From Dendrobates tinctorius (taxonomy: Eukaryota): DNA of 64,000 bases. Both the position numbers and the translations under genes were made by a program. Below the pieces are notes generated by a model. The model saw only the letters and a program-made list of their open reading frames with translations, was not told where the DNA came from and searched no databases. The stretch covers positions 60,760,001 through 60,824,000 of the forward strand of contig NW_027361696.1 of NCBI RefSeq assembly GCF_039654945.1. The letters are read 5' to 3'. Shown piece after piece: positions 52,838-64,000 of this stretch. The number at the start of each line of letters is the position of its first letter. The stretch's first letter is position 1.

Positions 52838-52888
52838 ATATTCGTAATCCGGGCTGGGTGTAGGTTCATCATTTTCATAAAGTATCAT
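52838..52888 (-). CDS. CXCR3-like receptor N-terminal coding exon (MILYENDEPTPSPDYEY)
   Basis: Kozak-like cacc ATG with an upstream in-frame TAA; phase-0 donor TAT|gtgagt joins in frame to DYTPS at 48780; acidic Tyr-rich N-terminus. An upstream acceptor (ttttattctcag|52916) implies a further 5' exon. Confidence 0.75.
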
Positions 52889-53910
52889 GGTGATGACTGA
52901 TGACTGTTAAATTTTCCTGAGAATAAAAAAACCCTTCACATGCAGATGATTTTGCTTGTGAGAAGAAGATGATGAGATACCTAAACAGAGGGGATGCCTA
53001 GTCTAAAATAAGGAAGTGGCCAGAAAAAAAAGATGCATAGAATATAAATCAGCCAGTAATCATCTGTTGTGAAAATAGATAATTTTTTTTTAATCTCAGT
53101 CCTGCCTTTTGTTACATTGAGCCTCGCTTGTAATCTTTAGTTTTTTTCTAGCTAAGATTTTATTTAATTTTTGTTTACATTTTATTTCATTTTTTTTTAA
53201 ATGGAAATGCAAAAAAAAGAAAAATAATGAGATCAGAATATACTATGTATAATGGAAATAGTGCCAGAAAATTGCAAATGTCATGAGTCCCATTTCTACT
53301 TACTAACCCCTAAAGGATCGGCAATTTTTCATTTTTGCCGTTTTGATTTTTCTTCCCCTTTTTCCAAAAGCCATAACTTTTTTGCTAGTTTTATATCCAC
53401 AGAGGCATATGTTTTTTGTTTTTAGGGAGCGGGATGAGTTGTAGCTGCAACCATATGAAGTCTTTATTTATACAACTTTGCGGTACATATGATATTTAGA
53501 GCTCTTTTGTTCCATTTTCTGGGCATAGTCCAAAAAACATCAAATCTGTTTTGATTTTTTTTTTCATTTCAGTGTTAATCGTATGGGATAAATATTTTAA
53601 TATTTTTTATCAGCTTAATTCCATAACTTCAAAGAATATATTATACCTTATAGCCCCCATAAGGAGTTCATGGCTAAATGCATGGATGCATGCTTTACAA
53701 GTTGTCACAATGCTGATGTTAGTAACACAAGGAGAGTAGGAAAACCTACAGAGTATAATTGCCCATTAAAAAGATTTTTATTATTGAAAATATAAAACAT
53801 ACATAGAAAAGAAAAAAAGTAAAAAAAGCAACAGGAGGGAAAAAGGAGATTCAAAGAACCATATTTAAACATGCATGCAATTGTCACCAGCTGTTTGCAG
53901 TGTTCCCACC

Positions 53911-53948
53911 GCCCCAACGCATGTTTCGTTAATTCTTCATCAGTAGAC
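53911..53948 (-). ncRNA. Degenerate Penelope-type minimal hammerhead ribozyme motif
   Basis: Minus strand reads gtcta-CTGATGA-agaattaac-GAAA-catgcg-TT-ggggc; core boxes intact, stems weak. Confidence 0.45.
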
Positions 53949-54299
53949 ATGTTTTTATAGTATGATTATTAGGAAGACATAGCAAATAAAGAAAAAGGTT
54001 CCACTAAATTGCACTAAAACAAGTCGATGTGAAATACATGAAGTGTGAATAGCATAATGGCTTTTGAAACTTACGAAAAAACACATGAGATGCTTAGCAC
54101 AAAATTTGCCAAAAATTGTGAGCCCATCCACCAACGTTAAGTAATCTCATGGATCGGATGGGTCCCTGACTTAACTGCCTCTTGTGGACACTTGCCCCTA
54201 GCTAATGTCTTGGTAAAGCCTATATTTATGGGTAGGTCGGAACAAAGTGTGATTGGATGTAATTAAAATGACAGCATGATTTCGAGATGTAATGGGAAT

Positions 54300-57200
54300 A
54301 ACACTATGCTATGGAGCTGGACTGAGCGCATTAGGGGAATGATGAGGATGCATCCCATGATCCCCGCCTTGCAGGCGGAGGTTGCCATGATGGATTTAGA
54401 CGGAAAGGCGAGAGACTCTGTTATGCTACGACCCCCCCACGAGAGCGGGACACATTTGACAAAGTATTGTGCATCTTGGAGGAGACACAGTCATCATCAG
54501 AAAAGACGGCGTAGGCACAAGGTTTACTGACATAGTGTTACAGGACCAGTTGGTGACTGGATTGAGAGACGCACTGCTGAAACAGGCCCTGGAAGAGCAC
54601 TTGCGAGTAAATCTGTGCATGACCTTTGCAGAGGTCGGAAGTGAGGCATGCGCGCGTGAGCAAGAGCAGGGGGTGACAGTCCCGACGGCGAAGGTCAGGA
54701 GTGGAGAGGTATCTGTAAATCTGATCGCTGAACCAGGATTGGTAGAAGATCTGCAGAAGGAGATTCAAGTTATGCGGTAAGACCTGACGGAAACTAAAAA
54801 GAAAGTGATGACCTCATTAAACTCACCCGGGGGCAGAATTGTCCCAGGACCGCGACGGGGTATGAGAACATCTCGTTGGGAGGAACTCCCTTCATGCTAT
54901 ATCTGTGGAGAACTGGGACATGAGGCTTGGGGTTGCGCATGGTGAGGGTGGCCTCTTCAGCGCCATCCATTAAACTAGGAGACTCCGTGGCTGGGGGACG
55001 CCGCCCGGAGCCAGAACAACCAATAAGGAGAACCAGAAGTCCCACCAATTTACTGTCTGTGTATCCTCTAGTCTGGGCTGAGATGGATGGCTGGGCTGTC
55101 CGCTGTCAGGTAGATACCGGCTCACAAGTGACTACGATGCCCAAGACATACTTTAGAAGACATGTCCCTGAAGTAATGAGACCTAAGTGGGGACCGGTGA
55201 TAAAACTGATGGCCGCCAATCACTTACCCATCCCAGTCACAGGGTTGGTATGGATGTCAATCATGGACTGTGACAAAAGATCTGGGCCGCAAAGGCATGG
55301 TGTTAACCGTGGGATATACAGAACACGGACATGCTGCAATGGAAAGGTTCTAGGAAAAGTGATCATCCCCGGCTGCAAACAATCTTGCACTACCACCGGG
55401 ACAAACTGTTCTTTCCTTACCTGTCCAGGCCTGCACCCCCTTGGAGGGAGTCGAAATACAAATAGAACCAGCTGTCATGGAGCACTTACCTCCAGGTCTC
55501 CTAGTTGCATGGACACTAGCTACCGTACATGATGGGGTGGTACCCGTGTGGTGTGTGAACTTAAGAGAGGACAATCTGACACTTCCACCCAGAAGTGAAG
55601 TAGCACAAATTCTAGGCATGCTGGAGGAGCTGATACCGCCAAAGGCCGTTCAGTTGACTTTAAAAAAGGAAGACCCATGGACAGTAGCTGTTGAGACGAC
55701 TCCAGTGTCAGAACCTCAACAACAGCAGAAAGGGTGCCGTATTTTGGAACAAATGTGGGCTGAATTAACAGAACTCACACCGCAACAGGTACAACAAGTG
55801 GAAGCCTTACTCGGACTATACCAGGACGTGTTCGTACGTCATGAGGACGATTTTGGCTGCACTACAGCAATCACACACGAGATCCCAACCAGTAATGCTG
55901 CGCCCATAAAAGAACGCTATTGACAAATACCTCCGCAAATGTACCAGGAAGTGAAAGGGATGCTGACACATATGCTACAGAACGGTGTTATCCGAGAGAG
56001 TTAAAGTCCGTGGGCTGCTCCCATCGCGCTGGTATGGAAAAAAGATGGCACTCTGTGTTTCTGTGTCGACTATCGCAAACTAAATTCCTGCACTGTGTGA
56101 GATTCCTATCCACTGCCACTAATCGAAGAGTCACTGTCCACAATGGGAAGCGTGAAATACTTTTCTACATTAGACCTGGCCTGTGGCTATTGGCAAGTGC
56201 TGATGTCTGAACACGATAGAGCCAAGACGGCCTTCACACTACCTATGGGCTTGCACGAGTTCAAAAGGATGCCGTTCGGTCTTGCTAATGCTCCTGGTAC
56301 TTTTCAGCGTCTCATGGAAAGGTGTTTGGGAGATTTGAATTTTGAAGCCACTTTCATCTACCTGGACGATATAATTGTGTATGCCGCCACGTTCGAAGAA
56401 TATCTACAACGACTAGAACAAGTATTCAGCCAGCTTCAGAAACATGGTTTGAAGGTAAAACCTCTCAAGTGTCATCTGCTTCTCACGCAGATCGAGTACC
56501 TAGGACATGTGGTCTCTACTGAAGGAGTAAGATCATCTCAGGAGAAAAGTGCAGCGGTTCAGGATTGGCCCATCCCGAAGACCATGAAGGTTGTTCGGGC
56601 CTTTTTGGGACTAACTGGATACTATCGGCGATTCGTAAAGAACTTCACTTGCATCGTGAATCCATTGTTAGAATTACTGAAGGGGCTGCCATCTGGTGCA
56701 AAAAACAGGATGATTCAGTGGGGAAGACGTCAAGAGAAAGCATTCCAAACTTTGAAAGTGGCCTTGACTGAAGCACCGGTCCTAGCCTACACTGACTTCT
56801 TTCAACAATTCATTCTCCATACTGATGGGAGCCTGCATGGACTCGGAGCGGTTTTATCCCAGATTCAAGATGGAAAAGAGCGCGTGATTGCCTACTTGAG
56901 TCGCTCTCTCCATAACCCCGAACGGAACCCGGACAACTACAGTTCGTTCAAGCTGGGGCTGATAGCATTAGTGTGGGCAATGACGGAGAAGTTTGTGGAA
57001 TACTTGCCTGGTTCTGGAGTCCTGGTACGCACCGATAACAACCCACTGGCCCACTTGGAGAACGCAATCTTGGGGGCCCTGGAGCAGCTCTGGGAGGCTT
57101 GAATGGCCAAGTACTGGTATAGAATTGCCTACAGGAGGGGAGGCTAAAATACTCATACATACTGTATGCACTATCTAGGGTGACACACGAGAACCCTGGT

Positions 57201-58174
57201 TCCAAGCGAGATGAAGAATTGGAGGCCAAAGTTCCCGAGTTCCTTGGTTCTGCCAGGATGTTGGCAGCTACGCAGTAACAGGTACACGCAGTGTCCCGGG
57301 AAAATGTATTAGGGCAGCCTCGTGATGAGCGGGCACGGGTCCAGCAGGAAGATGTAAAGCTGGCACAAATAAGACAGTAGGAAGCCCTCAAACAACTACC
57401 CCACCAGAGTGAGAGGGAGGCCCTGTCTTCTGGGGCTCTACAAATCCTTCGGCAATGGGAGAGACTCCAATTGAGGTACGGATTGTTGTATTGAAAGATC
57501 CAATTGCAATGGGCCCTGACTGTTACTTGGCAAGTGGTGATCCCTGAAACGCTGCTGCATAAAGTGGCCACAGAGGCACATGAGAGAGGAGTTCACGTCG
57601 GACTGGAAAAGACCTTTCAGTGGCTACAAAGACTAGTTTACCATCCTTTGCTAAAGTCCATGTTAGAGGAAATATGCTGGCTCTGTGGGAGCTGCGAATT
57701 AGCCAAACCTCCAGAACAGAGAGCCCCCACACAAACTATTGTGACCTCGGCACTTCTAGAAGTGTTGATGATCGATTACTTAACGATGGGTCCAGCTCAT
57801 CAAGGATATGAATATTGCTTGGTAATGATTGATCATTTCACCAAATTTGCCGTCGTGACTCCGACATGGGACCAAACAGCTGAATCAGCAGCACATGCCA
57901 TCAGTAAGAAGTTCATCCAAGTGTATGGGTGTCTGAAGAGAATCCACTCTGACCAAGGCACCTGTTTCCTGGGACGAGTAATGGAGGAACTGCATTGCTT
58001 ATACCAAATTGAGAAATCCCGGACGACACCTTATCATCCTCAAAGGAATGGAGCTTGCGAACAGTTCAATCGTACTCTTATCCAGATGTTAAGGACACTA
58101 GAGGAAGACCGAAAGGTGCGGTGGCCAGAATTCGTAGCAGAGCTGGTGTGGGTATAAAACAACTGAGTACACCG
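54300..58174 (+). mobile_element. Degenerate Gypsy/Ty3 internal region (gag remnant, PR, RT, RNase H, IN)
   Basis: VDTGSQVT protease; FSTLDLACGYWQ, MPFGL, YLDD; RNase H (TDGSLHGLGAVL, TDNNPL); integrase (MIDY, HSDQG, TPYHPQRNGACE). Many stops and frameshifts. Confidence 0.93.
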
Positions 58175-59217
58175 TGTAATAACACGGGAGCTAGGGGTAG
58201 CCTCCTCAGCCGCTCCACTACTCACTGTGCTGGAGGCTGCGTCATTCCTGGTACGATGCTCACTCTTCCGGTATTCAAAGAATTGTAGTCAGAGGCCAGA
58301 ATAAACTTAAACAGTTCAACTTTATTTTCCTCAGGACACAGCACATCCATGATGCCTTTTGGGCTCTCAACATGGTACCAACGATACATCTTAGAAGACA
58401 GCAACACACAACTTCTTCAGTTACACATGGGTGGACCACACAATGACAATGGAACCAGGAACCCGGTGAATACGGCACTTTGACCTCTCTTCCTGCAACC
58501 GACTTCAGCCCACGGAGGTACTTGTCTACTAGGTTGTTCACCCCTTTACGGTAATGGTAATCCTATACGTGTACTCTCCCTTGTGGCCCACTTAACTACT
58601 TGATCAGCTCCCACACTCTGGTCGTCACTTCCACATGGACTCTCTCACTGACCTCCCTGGCTTGACCGCTTCCAAATTCAGGCTGACTCCAACAGACAGA
58701 GACTTGTAAAGTGCCTGTTGGCCGGGAGCGACAAAATCTCCAGCCAGAGAATAGACGTGCATGTGCTAAGACAGAGAACACAGGCGACCCGCTGTGAACT
58801 GTATCCACATTCAACTACTGAGCTACGTTGAGCTCTGGCAGTGATAAAGACTGTGTACGTTCTTGCACCAAAGTTCCTGGACCTAGGAACTCCATCAGAA
58901 CAACGAGGAACCACCGCTGCTGTGGTGTCTTCTTCAGGAACACGCTGGACCCCTTACGTGTCACTGCCTTGGCGCCACTATTGGAAACTAGAATTCCACA
59001 TTCTGATGTCGCCGGACTGATAAGTTTATCGTTACTGAACTTCTGCTTTAAAGTCCTCGCTCTTGTGTTAACCCATTTTGCATAATCTCTTGCAATCCTG
59101 TTTTACTCTATTCTCTCCCTGCGTGGAGTATTCCGTGTTAAAGTAAATCACACTTTAACCATTTCTCCGCCTCCTGTCCATTACTTCATCTTACGACCTG
59201 CTCACACTAGTATTACA
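58175..59217 (-). mobile_element. LTR-like sequence truncating the Gypsy integrase
   Basis: TGTAATA...TATTACA termini; AATAAA on the minus strand at 58321-58326; no TSD. Confidence 0.5.
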
Positions 59218-61000
59218 AGTTCAATTGAAACTGACAACTGCAATACCAGACACAGCCTACTGACAAAACTGGCACTGTTCTTAGACAAATACACCTTCTG
59301 TAATTCTTTACAACAATGGTTGTACTGTTCGGTTTTGCGTCTTGCTAGTACTGTCTGTAGGGAAAGCACAGGCAACTAAGCACTGTCAATCAACAGCGAG
59401 GGAGATGGGGCATGCAATATGAATGGAGGAAACACCAAATTTTGCAGTACTACAGGTTGAATTGTTTAAGTGTTTTACCCCTTTGTGCTCTGCTTTTACT
59501 GACAGTCTGGCCCAACAAACTTACTTTCATGTAGATGAGCTGCAATACCAGGCATTACAAATGGAGAATTGTGATGCTATTTCTGCAAAAAAATGAAGCT
59601 ATATAATTTTTTTTAATGCAATACAACCCCAACCCCCCATGTCTTTCCTAATAATGATTTCCCGATGGTTTATAGATAATACCTGTTATATCTTTCTTCA
59701 CATCTGTTGACTGGTAGAAAGCCACAGAAACCAACATACTCCACCAATGTTTTGTAGCCTTATTTGACTTCAAGCATGCTGATAAAAATACTCGGGTCGG
59801 TGAAAAATTTACGGAAAAGAAAAAGGTTTGTGACCTTTAACTCTTAAGATGACGCGTTATAGCAGTGATTTTGAAACTAATCTCTTTTATAGTAAAGCAA
59901 TGTTAATTACTAATGTAATCTAAATCTTGAGGACTACACACGTGATATCAGTTGTGGCATCTGTTTTGACTCCCATCGACCCCCCCAAGAGTGCCTAGGG
60001 TCTATCATGGCAGTCAGGGGCCCACTAAAGGCCCCAATTGTGTACTCCTATGAAATGCATCCCTCTCATTGGAGATCACAAATTTCACTCTATACTTCAA
60101 TACTAAAGTAAGGAGACTGGCAAAAAAATAATTTAAAAATTAAAAAAATGGTAAAAATAAAAATTTGAATCACCTTCATGACCTACATGTCAGTAATTCA
60201 CTGCATTGACCCCAAAAAAAAGCAAAGAAAGAAAGAAGGCTATCATAATGTGGCAGGTACCCTAAAATGGTACCAGTACAAACTACAGCTCAGCGAACAA
60301 TCAAAGTGGTATGCCTTTAGTGTCTCCTGTGTCGGTTTGTAAATACTACCAAAATGTGATTGGATGACACACTAAGGCATTTATATAATTGGGTCAATAG
60401 AGGAAGACTTGACACATAATTGCCTATTTTATAGATGACACTCACTAGCTGGGGATGTGGTGCTTGAGAGAAAACAATGCCGCACCACCCATTTACCACT
60501 GTAGCGGACAGCGTCTCCTGCTCTCACAGTCGGCGCCCACATCAAGGTTCACAAAAAATGTATGCCAAGCTGGTGGTTGTGGGAGGGTCGGTGCTTACTG
60601 GCCTTTAGTTCCTGCTGCATTCAGGCCCCACATGAAAACCCTGGACAGGAATATACAGCTTCATGAGGGCACTAGCAAGCAAAAGGGGGTCCATGCTTAG
60701 CGGTCCCTGTTACAAGCAGTTCCTGCTGCCCAAGGATGTGTTCGGGGTTGGGTTATGGGGTAGAGGATGCTCATCTCTCAGATCAAGTCGTGCCTACTAG
60801 ATCCTACTGCATTCAGTAGTGTGGCTGGAGCAGATTCTGCAACACTGAACTGCACTTTGACTCAGTGGCCACATTGAGGCGCAGTACAGAAATGTAATAT
60901 GTGATGTGGGCGGTACGGAACCAGCAGAGAGCAGCTACTGCTACGATGACTTTATTGCAGCATGAAGTCAGGGCAGGCAACTGTTTGGTTTGCACACAAC

Positions 61001-64000
61001 TGTGATGGTGTGATATGTTATGTGGGTATCATTTTGTGTCTATTTATATTTTATAGATTACCATAGTGTTCTCTTGTTGCCCTGTATCATTCCGTGTATT
61101 CCTCATATTGTCTAGAGTCTCAATTACCTTCCAAAAGTCTGATAATTGAATTAGCTCACTTACAGCCTGCAGCCTGGCTGTATGTATGCCTCTTGATGAA
61201 CCCCCTGTAGTGCCTTAATCCCCAAAGCACCTTTGACAGGTCTGGGAGGCCTGAAAACTGCCCCAACCTGTCTGACTACCCCTGGACATAAGGAGGGGGC
61301 TGGGGTTGACAGGAGCGGTACAAGTCAGACCCGGTGTGGTGATGACCGGGTGAAGACAGCACGTCAGAGCGAAGGGGAAGCATATGGACCCATTTTATCA
61401 TCTGTCTGCTGGATTATTGTACTCTCATCTCCTTGGACATTCATCCTGTTACTGAACTGCATTAGTGTTCTGGACTATTGTATCCTCAGTGTGGTGGATT
61501 GTTTATGGACCTTTTAGTTTTGCCTATAATAAAGGTCTTGGCATTGTTCACACTTCCCTCGCTCTGTTGATTGTATGGTATCGGAGAAGGACCCCATTAC
61601 AACTGGTGGCAGCGGTGGGATAAACAGAGTGCAACACAATGGAGAACCACCCACAGAGTGAGTACAGAAATTGGACTGTATCCATTATTACAGCAGTAAA
61701 GGTAGCTGAGGCCCTTGTTACCATCTTTACCCGGGTAGGGTTTCCTAGTGAAATATTAATGGATCAAGGCACTCAGTTCATGTCAGATCTGGTCCAGTCC
61801 CTATGGCATACCTGTGGTGTTTGAGCCATTCGCACCACCCCATACCACCCGCAGACCAACGGACTATGTGGACGCTTTAATGGAACCTTAAAAAGTATGC
61901 TGAGGGCTTTTGCTGACATTGAAAAAGACTGGGAAAAATACCTGCCACATTTCCTCTTCGCCTATCGGGAGGTTCCCCAAGAGTCCACAGGGTTCTCTTC
62001 CTTCGAACTACTGTTTAGCCGGAAGGTCCATGGGCCTCTCACTCTTCTGAAAGAACATTTGGAGGGAGACATCTCAGATACCGGAATGCCCATCGTTCCC
62101 TATGTTCTAGAGTTCAGAGACCGTCTCGCCCAGCTAGCTACCTTGGCTAAAGAACATCAGCGAATGGCCCAGTCCAGACAAAAAACCTGGTACGACCGTA
62201 ATGCCAGGACCCGGGAATTTATTAAATGACAACAAGTGCTCATGATTACTGCTTCCCCTGCCAACAAGCATCAAGCAGTGTGGGAAGGCCCTTAACAGGT
62301 TGTCAAGAACATTAATGACACTAATTTCATTATTGCCCTGGACTCTAGTGGTCGACGACAGAAAACCATCCACATTAACATGCTGAAAGAATACCACGAC
62401 CGATCTCTGCCTGTTCTAGCTGTCTGCCAACCCCCTAGTGATACCGCAGACGACGAGTGTCTCCCCGATCTTCTCCAGGTCGCCCAAGCGGGAGGATCCC
62501 TGGAACAAGTGCCCCTGGGCTCCCATTTATCGGATATACAAAAGGACGATATTTTTGCCGTACTAAGGACGAGGGCTGTTGCTTTCTCCGCAAAGCCGGG
62601 GAATACTACTCACCAGCCACCATGTGGAAACCCCCGGACAACGCCCCATCCAGTAGGCTGCCTACCAGGTTCTAGAGGCTGTTCAAGGCATGAAAAAGGA
62701 CGAACTGGAGGAGATGAAACGACTGGGAGTTGTTCAGCAATCTCACAGATCTTGGGCCTCTCCTATCATCCTGGTCCCTAAGAAGGATGGTACAACACGA
62801 TTCTGCGTTGATTACAGACGATTAAATGATGCCACCCAGAGTGATTCTTACCCCATGCCCAGGATTGATGATCTATTGGATCATCTGGCCAGTGCCCAAT
62901 TTGTGACCACGTTAGTCTTGAGCAAGGGGTACTGGCAGATACCCCTAACGGATGACGCTCTGGAGCGCTCGGCCTTCATTACTCCATTTGGTCTTTTTGA
63001 GTTCCTGGGAATGCCCTTTGGGATGAAAACTGCCCCCGCTACTTTTCAGAGACTGGTAGATCGACTGTTAGAACAATGTCATGACTTTGCCTGTGCTTAC
63101 TTGGATGACATTGCCATTTTTAGCACAACCTGGGAGGAACATCTTAAACACTTGGGCACAGTGCTAGACTCTTACTGCAGGACTGACCATAAGTGCCAAA
63201 TAGGGATGGCTGAGGTGCAGTACCTCGGGCATAGAGTAGGGGGTGAGACCTTAAGGCCAGAGCCTGCCAAGGTGGAAGCCATTAGCAACTGTTGTAGACC
63301 CCAGACTAAAAAGCATGTTATTGCATTTTTAGGAACTGGTGGTTGCTATTGAAAATTCGTCTCTAATTTCAGCACCTTGGCCTAGCCCCTAAGCGACCTG
63401 ACCTGCAAGAACATGCCTAGGAATGTGACGTGGATGACTGCATGAGAGGATGCCTTTTCAGCGTTAAAGACCTCCCTCATCACTGCTCCTTTCTTGGCTG
63501 CTCCTGATTATAAGCGCAGGTTCCTCGTACAGACAGATGCACCCACCTTTGGGACTGGGGCAGTACTTAGCCAAGTGAACGCCTCCGGAGAAGAACATCC
63601 TGTTGATTTTGCCAGTCGGAAACTAGTGGATTGGGAAGTTGCCTACGCCACTATTGAAAAGGAGTGCCTTGCAATCATATAGGCGCTAAACAAATTGCAG
63701 CCATACTTGTATGGCAGAGACTTTATAATTGTTACAGACTACAACCCCCTCACATGGCTGAACCGCGTATCGGGGGACAATGGAAGATGCGGTGGAGATT
63801 GTCCTTACAACCCTAGAGCTTCTCCATCCAATACAAGCGAGGAAGCCAACACCAGAACGCCGATGGACTGTCTCGACAAGAAGAACCATAGGCTCCCCGG
63901 GCTGACCAACCCCTGCCACTGTACAAGGAACTATAAACGATTGAGCAATGTGGACTAAAGTGAGCAGGCCAGAGGTCTGTGTAGACCTCATGGCATGCTC
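61001..64000 (+). mobile_element. Gmr1-like Gypsy element (integrase upstream of RT), internally deleted; LTR 61001-61601, tRNA-Leu-type PBS 61604-61621; runs off the window
   Basis: LTR TGTGATGG...CCATTACA with AATAAA; PBS TGGTGGCAGCGGTGGGAT. IN core (GFPSEILMDQGTQF, TTPYHPQTNG, LFAYREVPQESTGFS) at about 61680-62400 precedes RT (RFCVDYRRLN, YLDD) and RNase H (VQTDA, EKECLAI). Confidence 0.9.

Noticed and set aside
52875-52916. Alternative frame ENLTVISHHHDTL with an N-glycosylation sequon in the receptor's upstream exon
   Set aside because: It ends in TGA and is out of frame with the donor; a frameshift cannot be supported without reads or orthologs.

Overview
Eukaryotic genomic DNA, very probably from a frog (anuran), judged from the repeat families and protein sequences; the species cannot be determined from the sequence alone. 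Three spliced host genes, which the ORF track shows only in fragments, can be reconstructed by hand. (1) Apolipoprotein C-II on + (coding exons 8794-8848, 12432-12582, 14141-14228; 97 aa), with a candidate liver-type promoter. (2) A five-exon trypsinogen-like protease on + (23050-41566; 249 aa; DDDDK activation peptide, intact triad, Asp189), with a TATA box and a PTF1-type site. (3) A CXCR3-like chemokine receptor on - (52888-52838 + 48780-47770; 353 aa), whose DRY motif reads SRY. Most of the rest is transposon-derived: a CR1 LINE, an L2 fragment, at least six Tc1-family copies (one DD38E, one a single base from intact), PIF/Harbinger, Kolobok/T2-like and hAT MITEs, a head-to-tail Helitron dimer, a 3.07-kb foldback palindrome, Penelope-type hammerhead remnants, solo LTRs, a canonical Gypsy and a Gmr1-order Gypsy, plus several minisatellites. 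The leads most worth following are the SRY receptor, the trypsin with kallikrein-like features next to apoc2, outward-facing U1-complementary splice-donor motifs recurring in unrelated MITE families, and the giant foldback element. No demonstrably new system can be proven without searches.
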